From positions 33,689-97,688 of the IMG/VR virus record IMGVR_UViG_3300012909_000001: DNA of 64,000 bases; one strand, written 5' to 3'. Source of the stretch: a virus (lineage: Duplodnaviria; Heunggongvirae; Uroviricota; Caudoviricetes). The translations under genes and the position numbers were made by a program. The notes below the pieces were generated by a model, which did not search any database, had not been told where the DNA came from, and was given only the letters and a program-made list of their open reading frames with translations. Below are positions 19,558-28,995 of this stretch, in pieces. Positions within the stretch are counted from its first letter, which is position 1, and each line of letters starts with the position of its first letter.

Positions 19558-20046
19558 GTGTATAAAAACCCTTTTAATAATCCTTTAAATAATCTTATTA
19601 TGAGCACATCAAATGTTAAAGTCACTGTAGTGGCACATCCAACCACTAACTTGGTTATTACACCAAGCACAAAGAATCCTGAGTGGGGGACATTCAGAGT
19701 GGACTCTAAAAATGTATCTATGGAGAATGGTATCTTGAATATCAATTCCAGAAGTGCATTTGTCAGAGGTAAACTCGAAGACTTAGCTCAATTGAGCTTA
19801 TCAGCAGGTCAGGTATTACCTGGGAAGATTGTTAAGAGAGAGTCTTTTGACCCTTTCTATGAGAATCAGCCAAGCAAAATCAATCCTACTACTAAAGAGG
19901 TTGTCCTTACCAATGGTAAGCCAACTTACTTAGAGTTTGTCTACTCGGCAGACCCTGATGCTTTAGATGTGTGGGTTGGTGATACACCTGCTACATTAGC
20001 TGCAAAAGCTGCTAAAGAACTTGAAGCACAAACTACAGGTAATTAA
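19558..20046 (+). CDS. Hypothetical protein, a probable abundantly expressed early gene; an alternative start is at 19600
   Basis: 162 aa ORF with a strong promoter-like motif upstream and a strong terminator downstream. Confidence 0.5.
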   Translation: MYKNPFNNPLNNLIMSTSNVKVTVVAHPTTNLVITPSTKNPEWGTFRVDSKNVSMENGILNINSRSAFVRGKLEDLAQLSLSAGQVLPGKIVKRESFDPFYENQPSKINPTTKEVVLTNGKPTYLEFVYSADPDALDVWVGDTPATLAAKAAKELEAQTTGN

Positions 20047-20081
20047 TACCTGATGTATTCTATCAAGTCTAAGTAAATAGG

Positions 20082-20112
20082 GAGTGTGATTACACACTCT
20101 CTGTTTATTTTT
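20082..20112 (+). terminator. Rho-independent terminator GAGTGTG-ATTA-CACACTC followed by a T-rich run
   Basis: 7 bp perfect stem plus TCTGTTTATTTTT, seen directly. Confidence 0.55.
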
Positions 20113-20502
20113 ATGCTGAACTACTACCTAAATATTGTATTGTGGTTACAGGTTCTTTCTTTAAGGCTCCCTTATTGTACCAACACTGAACTAATTCATG
20201 TTCTACTGTAGTAAATACTGATAAATTATGTTGTGGATATGCTGCTCAGAATAGTACTACTCCATAACAATCACATTTCAAATCACTAAAATAACTCACC
20301 ATAATATAACATAGCTAAATCATGAACAATCACTTCCATATGATAAACCTTATTGTAGGTTTATTATGTTTTTTATGTCTTGTAATAAATTCATTATTAA
20401 TACATGATAATTACAAATTACACAGAAATACAAGAATATCTTTACTTATAGCTGGAATAGCTAACATAACTTTCTTTATACTAACCATCTAATACAAACA
20501 CC

Positions 20503-20721
20503 ATGAAATATCAAGATATTAATAAGTATTTAATACAATGGACAACATCAATATTCAAAGATATGTCTATTGGTGAGACTAAAGCAGGTCATCATGTGAT
20601 TACTAATCATGTGAAAGTAGGAGATTTTAATGATGAAGAATTAGAAACATTCTGTCAAAACAAAAGAGATTTAAAAGTCATATTTTTATATAATGTACAA
20701 TTTGATTATAAATCAGACTAA
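20503..20721 (+). CDS. Hypothetical small protein
   Basis: 72 aa ORF. Confidence 0.35.
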   Translation: MKYQDINKYLIQWTTSIFKDMSIGETKAGHHVITNHVKVGDFNDEELETFCQNKRDLKVIFLYNVQFDYKSD

Positions 20722-20738
20722 CTTAAACAAAAAACACC

Positions 20739-21128
20739 ATGAAACACCTTAAAATAATACTCATCTGTCTTATAGCTTTATTTACATTAGGCACATTCTG
20801 TATGAATGTAGACATGTACATAAACAGAGTTAAACCAGCTAAGTTTAGAAAACATTTACCATCAAATATCTATACTGATACTTACAAACGTAGTACATTA
20901 ATATGGAATGAAGATGATGAAGCAATACCACCAGTAGGTGGATTATGCCGTGTTGATTTCATTGAAGGAAATACAGTGTATTTATTACCTGTTGAAGATT
21001 TAGGTGTTAAGCCTGAATATACTCTTGAGATTATCTCACAAGATAGTGTTAAGATTAAGTGTGACAATACAGTATACAAATGTCATATGAAAGACATTCA
21101 AAATGTATTACTCAAAGATAACTTATAA
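20739..21128 (+). CDS. Hypothetical protein with an N-terminal signal or TM segment
   Basis: 129 aa; hydrophobic N-terminus MKHLKIILICLIALFTLGTFC. Confidence 0.4.
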   Translation: MKHLKIILICLIALFTLGTFCMNVDMYINRVKPAKFRKHLPSNIYTDTYKRSTLIWNEDDEAIPPVGGLCRVDFIEGNTVYLLPVEDLGVKPEYTLEIISQDSVKIKCDNTVYKCHMKDIQNVLLKDNL

Positions 21129-21150
21129 ATAACCATTAAACACCAACAAA

Positions 21151-21429
21151 ATGATAACAATTACAGTTACAGAGGAACAAATACAGGAAGAGTTCAACAA
21201 ATCAATGGAGAATTTATTTTCCAAAGGTAATTACAGTAATCCTGTAAAATCAATACTTGATAACCTATTAGGTTATTCAGGTGCAATGAAAGGTGCAATG
21301 GGTGACAAGATTAAACAATATCTTGAAACACAAATTGAAACACCTGATTTTCAACAGTTATTAGGTAAATCTATAGCTGATGAAATGGCAAGAAGAGTTG
21401 TTGATTCACTTGATAAAAGTAATAAATAA
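21151..21429 (+). CDS. Hypothetical small protein
   Basis: 92 aa ORF. Confidence 0.35.
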   Translation: MITITVTEEQIQEEFNKSMENLFSKGNYSNPVKSILDNLLGYSGAMKGAMGDKIKQYLETQIETPDFQQLLGKSIADEMARRVVDSLDKSNK

Positions 21430-23033
21430 AGCTCTCATTTTCCACATACAAATTCCTTCGACTCATAAAAATAGAATTAAAACTGTGGATTAACTCACAC
21501 TATTTATAGTCAATGAGGATGAGAGTTTCAGAATAAGGGATATTGTTACCAGACATGGTTGAGCAATAGTCATTCAAGGAGAAAATGTATGAAAGTGACT
21601 ACTGAAGCTGATAATGTGTCAGTGTGCTATTGAATATAGTTAACTCTCTAATTGAGAGCTATAATTTGATACTAAGTTTAAATAGCTACTCCAACAATAC
21701 CCTAAAATACAGAAGAATAGTACTCTTAAAGCTGAGACACGCAAATACCTTTAAGGTATCGAGTTGATAAACATCTGGTAAAGCCTATGACTCGTAAAGA
21801 GTCGGAGGTGTCAACACTATTCTTTTTTAACAATACCAGCTAAATAATTACATCCTAATAGAAGGTTTGAAACCTTCTTAGGTCCTGTGGTAAGGATGAC
21901 AAATGCTCTAAGGTGTGAGTTCCGGATAGTAATTGTTTAGTTTAAAAATAACCACTTAAATAAAAACCCAATGAAAAAACGCAGAAGAACAGGTAAATTA
22001 GTATATTCTACTAATCCTGACAGACAAAGATTAATACAGTTGTTTGAAAGCAACCGTAAATAATACCTTTTTGACCCCAAATCAAAATCAAAACTGTTAC
22101 CCGTCCTACTTATTATAAAGCAGTAGGGACATATATTGGTATATGTGTGTACAACATGTATCTGTAATTGTGAATTAATTACTCACATTAGTATGTTTAT
22201 TATACGCGTAAGGTAACAGTTTTAGTAATGTATCATAACTCACTTCCCAAGGGTGAGCAATTATAATAAGAGAGTCTTAAACTGGAAAGATACCATAAGA
22301 CACGATGGTTCTATGCTTATTATAATTGAATACAGAGGGCTAAAACAAACAAAATTAAATCACTTACTTGAAGATAGACAATATTGCAAAGTTCTCTTGA
22401 ATGAGATTACATAGAAATATGTACATTATATACTGTATCAGCAGTTGTGTTTATTGTAGAGGTATTTACCTGTTACAAGGTTATTAGAGTAAATAGACTA
22501 AGAATAATAATTGCAAATAAAATTCTTCAATTTTCTGAACTCAAAAAGCTTAACTGTGTCGTGAGTAGAAAAAATATTCCACTGAAATTTGGATAAGTGA
22601 TTTTTAAAACAAAGTCAGGATGTAAAAGTTCTCCATAACCACACTGACTATAATAAAATACTGGAATGGAAGAGAGTAGAACTCTCAAATTAAACTTCTA
22701 ATACAGGTATTCAGTTGTAAGCCCTGAAAGTATTAGTACTTAACGCTGAGACTACATCCGTATTATAAAAGTGTAGAAAAGTAGAGCTATCAGAAGTTTA
22801 TTATTAAAACTCTTGTGATGTTGATTTAAAATCCAATTATGAGAAAACTATATGTTATGTATCTGAGGATGAGTGACACCAGAATAAGAGTTTTATTTTA
22901 ACTATTGTAATACCAGTTAAACACCAGAGACGATAGAAATATCCTAAATTGAAAAAGTAGTGAGTGTCTCTGCTCCATACTACTTTAAGGGTTAAATTAC
23001 AATAGTTATTTTTAACAACTAAAACAAATTAAA

Positions 23034-23243
23034 ATGAAGAATACAGAAATAATTTGTACTAAAGGAATTTATAGGGGTAGTAATCTCTATTGTTTAGAGG
23101 GAGACATTTTAGAAATTCAAACAACAAGAAACGGAAGTTTGTATTTAACTCCTATAACAGGATATGCTGCGGACAGAGGAATTATAGAATTTAAAACCAA
23201 TGCTAAAGAAATTGTTGAACATTTTACCTCAATTAACAACTAA
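23034..23243 (+). CDS. Hypothetical small protein
   Basis: 69 aa ORF preceded by the 22 nt element TTAACAACTAAAACAAATTAAA. Confidence 0.4.
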   Translation: MKNTEIICTKGIYRGSNLYCLEGDILEIQTTRNGSLYLTPITGYAADRGIIEFKTNAKEIVEHFTSINN

Positions 23244-23256
23244 AACAAATTAAATT

Positions 23257-23478
23257 ATGAAAACATATTTTAAATCACTATTTCCATATAGATGGATACT
23301 TATAATGATATTTGAATTTTTAATGCTTTTTGTATTGTTGTGTGGAAAACAATTGACAAATGATGATTCATTTTATGATATATTATTAATTGGTAATATT
23401 CCGTTTTGGTTTATTATAGATTATATATTTGGTATTGGTCAAGAAAATATTTACACAAGAAATAAAAAGAAACCATGA
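23257..23478 (+). CDS. Small membrane protein
   Basis: 73 aa, hydrophobic; preceded by the same 22 nt element. Confidence 0.4.
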   Translation: MKTYFKSLFPYRWILIMIFEFLMLFVLLCGKQLTNDDSFYDILLIGNIPFWFIIDYIFGIGQENIYTRNKKKP

Positions 23479-24176
23479 AAACAATACAAAAGAAATGCCA
23501 GGTTGTATTATTGCCTACTGATAAACCTCATCCACAATTATTTATACATCAAGGTTTAGGTTGTAAAGAACAAAAAATTAGTTCAGGACAAGGTATGCAA
23601 CATCATATTGAAATGATGAAAGTAGGTGTATCTAAACCTCAACATCTATACATCCTATCAGATGAAGAGATTAAAGAAGGTGATTGGTATTTAGATAATA
23701 TTCCTAATTATTATTCTATTGAGCAAGCTATTAGTGATTGGGTTATAACAAAAGACCATAAAAAAATCATAGCTACAACAAATCCTGAACTTGAAATAAA
23801 AGTTGAAGGAGAATTTAAAACTTTTTATAGTGGTAATTTTAAAGCTAAAGGTTATAAACATTTACCAAAACCAACAGACAAATTTATTCAAGATTGGATT
23901 GAAAATGGTTGTCCTGAAATTGTGAATGCTGAATATATAAAATCATTTGAAGTTATCAGTGAAGGTAAAATTGGATTTCCGGAAGATACAATTAGTTGGT
24001 GGAAAGAAATTCTTAAAATTTCATCAGACAACACAATCACTTGTAGTTTTATTGAAGATGATTATTCAGACTACGAAGCTTATTGTGAGATGATAAAAGA
24101 ACTATCTTGTGGTCAAACTAAGTGGATAACACCAATGTCATTCGAAGAATGGCTAAAAGAAACTATAAAAAAATAA
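23475..24176 (+). CDS. Hypothetical protein
   Basis: 233 aa ORF. Confidence 0.4.
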   Translation: MKTIQKKCQVVLLPTDKPHPQLFIHQGLGCKEQKISSGQGMQHHIEMMKVGVSKPQHLYILSDEEIKEGDWYLDNIPNYYSIEQAISDWVITKDHKKIIATTNPELEIKVEGEFKTFYSGNFKAKGYKHLPKPTDKFIQDWIENGCPEIVNAEYIKSFEVISEGKIGFPEDTISWWKEILKISSDNTITCSFIEDDYSDYEAYCEMIKELSCGQTKWITPMSFEEWLKETIKK

Positions 24177-24309
24177 CTATGAATCCACCAGAACCATGTC
24201 CACCACATTCAGAATGTTGGTGTGAAGACAAGCCACCAAATCATCCTTGTCATGACCAGTATGTAGGTATTGATAGTATTGTAATATCTATTATTATGAT
24301 TATATTAAT

Positions 24310-24633
24310 ATGTTATTATACTATAAAAATGAAAAAGTTATGAATTACTACAGATACAAGAAACTAAGTAATATTCTAATGCCTTTTAATTGTATATTTG
24401 GAATTACATTAGTAGGCTCCTTTTTTACATATTGGTATTTATTTCCAGTACCTGTAGGTTTGTTTGCATTAAACTTATGGTTTTTTGATAAGACGCATAA
24501 GGTAGATTTACTTAGAATGCAAGTAGAAGACAGGCAGATGAGAAAAACACATGACTGGTTAGGTCATGGAGACGAATATAGAGACACAGATGTTTGGAGA
24601 AATAAAGAAACAGGAAAAATAACTGAGAGATAA
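24310..24633 (+). CDS. Hypothetical membrane protein
   Basis: 107 aa with a hydrophobic N-terminal half. Confidence 0.35.
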   Translation: MLLYYKNEKVMNYYRYKKLSNILMPFNCIFGITLVGSFFTYWYLFPVPVGLFALNLWFFDKTHKVDLLRMQVEDRQMRKTHDWLGHGDEYRDTDVWRNKETGKITER

Positions 24634-25210
24634 ATTATGAAAAACACAAACAGTCAAGCAGAAATAGGAATGAGAGTATTTAATACTTTATTCCCAAAAA
24701 CAAATAAGTAATGAACTAGAATAAAGCATTTAAGGGTATGATTTATATAATTCTAATTGGAGTTATTTTAATTGTACTATCAAGAATCTTAAACTAAAAC
24801 AAATAAATAATCACTAAATAATAACACCATGAAAAAACTTTTAACAATCTTAGTATTACTGTTAGCATTAAGTCTGACAGTAGAATCATGTTCAACATGT
24901 AAATCTTCAAAATACCGAAGACAACATCATTTGTAAACTAATCATGTGCAATAATACATCCAACAAAGGTAAATGTCTTTATCAAATGATATCAAGATAT
25001 TTGGGACAATGTATATTCTGCTATAAAATCAAAAGAATATGAATCCACAACAACAAATTAAATATGCACTTGAATTAGTACGTATTGGTATCTTTAACTT
25101 TTAAGTTATGGGACATATATTATACACTATAGGTTGCGTCATATTAATTGGCGCAATCTGTGGTTTAGCAGTTACAGCTTCGTGGATAGTATATAAAATA
25201 TACTTTTCAG

Positions 25211-25582
25211 ATGAGGGTTAAACTCAAAACCATACACACAGCAGGTAGAATACCTTTTCTTAAAAGGTTATCATTATACCTGAAAGATGGTTCATCAATC
25301 AAATTGCATTTAATACTGCATGATGATTTAGATGAGCCACATAGTCATCCTTGGGACTTTAGTTCATTAATTCTCTTCGGAGGATATAAAGAGGGTGATG
25401 TTAAATACTCTATAGGAGATATTAACATGAAGAAACATTACCAGACTCATCAGATAAAACTGTTGAGATTCATGGGATTCAGAGTACCAACATTAACTAT
25501 TGGCATTTACACAGAAAAATTAACTTTGTGTTCATTTTGCCAGGATTTAGGATATTGCAGAACAACAGGTAAACCATTATAG
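25211..25582 (+). CDS. Hypothetical protein with an HSHPWD motif
   Basis: 123 aa ORF. Confidence 0.35.
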   Translation: MRVKLKTIHTAGRIPFLKRLSLYLKDGSSIKLHLILHDDLDEPHSHPWDFSSLILFGGYKEGDVKYSIGDINMKKHYQTHQIKLLRFMGFRVPTLTIGIYTEKLTLCSFCQDLGYCRTTGKPL

Positions 25583-25584
25583 TT

Positions 25585-25785
25585 ATGGAAGCATTTATAA
25601 TTTATCTTATTGGATTTCTTATTTGCTATGTCTATATCAAAAAGAGAGTCAGAGAGAAACATAATAATGATTGGTCAGATGTAATTTTTACATTCTGTAT
25701 ATCACTATTCTCTTACTTAGGTTGGTTAGTTATGATAATCTTTATACTTAAAGAGGACAAAAGAAAACCACCTAAATTCCTGTAA
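25585..25785 (+). CDS. Small membrane protein
   Basis: 66 aa with two hydrophobic segments. Confidence 0.35.
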   Translation: MEAFIIYLIGFLICYVYIKKRVREKHNNDWSDVIFTFCISLFSYLGWLVMIIFILKEDKRKPPKFL

Positions 25786-25786
25786 T

Positions 25787-25975
25787 ATGAAATGGTATGT
25801 AATAGCTTTAGGTTATGCTACTGTTGTCATACAACTTCTATGTATTATACATTGTGTTACTCATGAACAAAGTGAGAACTATTATGTAACTGCATTAGGA
25901 ATAGTGTTACCAATATTGTATGTGTATTATTTATACAAACAATCAATTAAAAAAGAAAAAATAACAATTAAATAA
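25787..25975 (+). CDS. Small membrane protein
   Basis: 62 aa, hydrophobic. Confidence 0.35.
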   Translation: MKWYVIALGYATVVIQLLCIIHCVTHEQSENYYVTALGIVLPILYVYYLYKQSIKKEKITIK

Positions 25976-25985
25976 TTCAGAAATC

Positions 25986-26318
25986 ATGGCAGAAGCTAAA
26001 AACAAATTTGAGAAAAACTTATCTCAAGCTCACAAAGATATTATCGGTAAAAGAGCAAAACTATTCTCTCAATCAGCACAAGATGCACAAGAAGACCTCG
26101 TGAGAGACCTTCAAAGAAGAAAAAGAGAACTTGAAACCAAACTTATGAATCTTGATGATTTATCTCCGGATTCAACAATGAGCCTTAAAGTCACAAGAGA
26201 TGGCTTTGATGCTACTGTGTGGGTGAAAGAAGTTCAAGACACAAAAGTAAAACTTTCTATTCTGAATGTAGAGCTTGAAGTAGCTGTTGCAACTCAGAAA
26301 GAATATTTCGAGGTATAA
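25986..26318 (+). CDS. Hypothetical protein, coiled-coil
   Basis: 110 aa ORF. Confidence 0.4.
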   Translation: MAEAKNKFEKNLSQAHKDIIGKRAKLFSQSAQDAQEDLVRDLQRRKRELETKLMNLDDLSPDSTMSLKVTRDGFDATVWVKEVQDTKVKLSILNVELEVAVATQKEYFEV

Positions 26319-26986
26319 TGAAAATTTACCTGGCTAAATCTCAAATGGCTAAGACAGATATTGTTTTAGCCATTAAGAGTTACCTTACAGGTCAGGGACA
26401 TCAAATCCTTGAAGCTACTTCACCTTTTGATGTGACAGAAGACTCAAAGAAACTGAATGAAGCTGATTATGTTATTGTGATTCCACCATATCTGAATGGA
26501 CCTGCTCAATCAGAGAAAGATGAGTTTGAGTGTGAATCAGAATCTGTACTTGTTGGTAAAGGTATAATGTCTCAGATTGAAAATGTCAAAAAACCAGGTA
26601 AGACTTATATCTTATGGAGTTATCCTTACGATGTAATTGACTTTTATGATACTTTCTTTGCACCTGTAGTTAAAGTTTTTCCACTTACTGCGGATAATAA
26701 GGAAATGATAAGAGAAGATTTTGGATTTGAGTACCTTGAGTTAGGTTCATGGCAACACAGCTATGGAATTGCAAATATAAGGTTGTCTGATGAAACCACT
26801 ATTCATAAGTGGGCATCTGTATCAAATCCATGTGATGAAATTTCTCTAATTGATAGTTATAAAGTAAGTCTTCAGGATTTTGGTTACAGAGGAACCAGAG
26901 ATTTTACAGATGTTGTCCTGTCACAATCAAATGACAGAAAGAAACTACTTGTAACAGCAAGTACATTAGGTCTGTTATGTAGATAG
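26318..26986 (+). CDS. Hypothetical protein; the MKIYLA N-terminus is reminiscent of nucleoside 2-deoxyribosyltransferase-like folds, but this is weak
   Basis: 222 aa ORF. Confidence 0.35.
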   Translation: MKIYLAKSQMAKTDIVLAIKSYLTGQGHQILEATSPFDVTEDSKKLNEADYVIVIPPYLNGPAQSEKDEFECESESVLVGKGIMSQIENVKKPGKTYILWSYPYDVIDFYDTFFAPVVKVFPLTADNKEMIREDFGFEYLELGSWQHSYGIANIRLSDETTIHKWASVSNPCDEISLIDSYKVSLQDFGYRGTRDFTDVVLSQSNDRKKLLVTASTLGLLCR

Positions 26987-27017
26987 AAAATTCGTTTAAT
27001 TTAAAATAAATAAAAAC

Positions 27018-27488
27018 ATGTCAAAAATTGTAGATATTACAAAAGATGATTTAGGTGAAGCCCTAGGCTGTTCACCTGAGGAATTACAAAGCTTTCAAGA
27101 TAAAGCTGTTGATTTCCTCAAAGGTTTAGTTGAAAAGGTCATGAGTGCTGAGAAAGAACAAATCAGTGAACATGTACAAAGAGTAAATTTAAGAAGAGTT
27201 GATATCCTGAGTGCTGTTGAAGATACCTTCAATGAGAAAGAAAGATTAATCATTTGTACAGGTTCATTTGAAAACCAACTTCAAGAACTTGTTGACATTG
27301 AGCAAAAGAAATCAGTAATGAGAGAACTTGCTAAAGAGCTTGGAATCAAGCTTGACTCTGAAGGTAATCCAATCATGCCAAATTTCGAAGAGCTTACAGA
27401 TGCTTTAAACCCGGACAATGATAATGCCGAAACTCCAGAGAGTGAAGTAAAAACTGTGGGTCACACAGACCCACAAAATGCAATATAA
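27018..27488 (+). CDS. Hypothetical acidic protein
   Basis: 156 aa ORF. Confidence 0.4.
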   Translation: MSKIVDITKDDLGEALGCSPEELQSFQDKAVDFLKGLVEKVMSAEKEQISEHVQRVNLRRVDILSAVEDTFNEKERLIICTGSFENQLQELVDIEQKKSVMRELAKELGIKLDSEGNPIMPNFEELTDALNPDNDNAETPESEVKTVGHTDPQNAI

Positions 27489-28065
27489 CCAACAAAGGCA
27501 AAAGCCTGGGAAGAAAGTAGTATAATAAGTTTTGGTACTACATATTGCCTAAATTAAACAATTTTAGAAGGTAAAGCCTGTCAATGGTTAATTCCTTCAC
27601 ATTCCCCCTGTTTTGGTAATTATAGAAGGCGGACACATACCACGCGAGACTATTAGGTATGTGATGAAATTATCATTATTGTCGGTGTGAACAATGGGAC
27701 AGATTATAAACTGGTTAAAAATTTGTTTGGAAGAATTATCACACTCACCAGTTCAAAAACTCAAATAACTTCCCAAGTTGTTGAGGGCAGCTGTAGTTCT
27801 TATATTCTTGTTGGTTAAGGAAAGATTCAACAACTCACTCCTTACTAACTGAATATAAGTTTTAGCTGTAAAACACAATCTAAAACCCAATATTATGTTA
27901 ACAACAATAGTTTTCTTTGTTGCATTGTCATCCAGTATTGTACTGGTATTAGAAGCAATCAGTTATTATACAACATACAAGACTGAAAAGTTCATGTTGT
28001 ACAGAGTAGTACTATTTATTATAGTAGTCTGCTCATGGTCATATTTATATTATTTATCTCATTAA

Positions 28066-28322
28066 TGAGATGGATAATATTACTGTTATTACTCAGTAGT
28101 TGTTCTGTAAGAACTACTGAGTACTATGCTAAGCATGGATACAGTACAAAAGTAATTACAGGAGAAATAAAGTGGGAATGTAAGAATGCTATCTGGATTG
28201 ATACAATTAAAATTTGTAACTATAAAGGTAAGCAAAGAATTGGGGATACTGTTTCTATAACTTATATCTCACTAACTAAGTATAATCAAAATGAATTTAT
28301 ATGTACGAACCAGGAACAGTAG
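28066..28322 (+). CDS. Small lipoprotein; start trimmed from the track ORF 28035
   Basis: The signal peptide MRWIILLLLLSSC carries a lipobox L-S-S-C. Confidence 0.4.
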
Positions 28323-28594
28323 ATGTTAAAACCTATGAGCAAAGACAGAAAGAATGGCTACAAGAGAATAACTTTAAAGAAGGTGATTCTGTTAAAATAA
28401 TTAAAAAATTCTGTTATCAGGAACAAGGTTTTTTCCTCAGTTGGATAAATGATATGGATAAAAGTTTAGGAAAAACTTACAAGATACTATCTATAATGTC
28501 AGGATGTATTAAGTTAGAAAATAAATATGGTTATCCTTATTTCTCATTAGAGCCAGCACAAGACAAGAAGATATTACTTCTTGCAATTAAATAA
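28301..28594 (+). CDS. Hypothetical protein
   Basis: 97 aa ORF. Confidence 0.35.
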   Translation: MYEPGTVDVKTYEQRQKEWLQENNFKEGDSVKIIKKFCYQEQGFFLSWINDMDKSLGKTYKILSIMSGCIKLENKYGYPYFSLEPAQDKKILLLAIK

Positions 28595-28596
28595 GA

Positions 28597-28923
28597 ATGT
28601 CAGAGCAACATAAACCTGCTTTCAAGAAGAAGAAAAGTACCCTTGAAACAAGCCCGAAGCTGCTAAAAGCTTTAAAAAAGATTGAGAATGGAGTAGGAGG
28701 CACTGTCTCTTATGTCACTCTCACAGAGAGAATCAAATTTACAAAAGAAAACCCGGATGGTGAGGTGTATTACACCAAATCATTTTTGCATTCAAGCATC
28801 AATACTGAAGTATTCTTCAAGATGCATGAAGGTAAGAGAATGAAGAGGACTTATGCTGAGGTTATACAAGTGTTTCATGACACTTCTATTGACCAAGGAG
28901 CAAATTACTTCATTATTGGGTAA
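28597..28923 (+). CDS. Hypothetical protein
   Basis: 108 aa ORF. Confidence 0.35.
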   Translation: MSEQHKPAFKKKKSTLETSPKLLKALKKIENGVGGTVSYVTLTERIKFTKENPDGEVYYTKSFLHSSINTEVFFKMHEGKRMKRTYAEVIQVFHDTSIDQGANYFIIG

Positions 28924-28995
28924 TTCTTATGGGATTTGATTTCTTCTGATATAAGCCAAAAAATAATTGTCAAATCAAATTTGCACTAAAAAGAA

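Noticed and set aside
19293-19745. Minus-strand ORFs 19293..19478 (61 aa) and 19491..19745 (84 aa)
   Set aside because: They are antisense to a better-supported plus-strand unit: a promoter-like motif, a 56 aa membrane ORF and a terminator, followed by a promoter-like motif and the ORF at 19558..20046. The whole region downstream of 19119 is otherwise plus-strand.
24122-24343. ORF 24122..24343 (73 aa)
   Set aside because: It overlaps the 3' end of 23475..24176 and the 5' end of 24310..24633 in different frames. Its coding status is uncertain and it is not listed as a confident feature.
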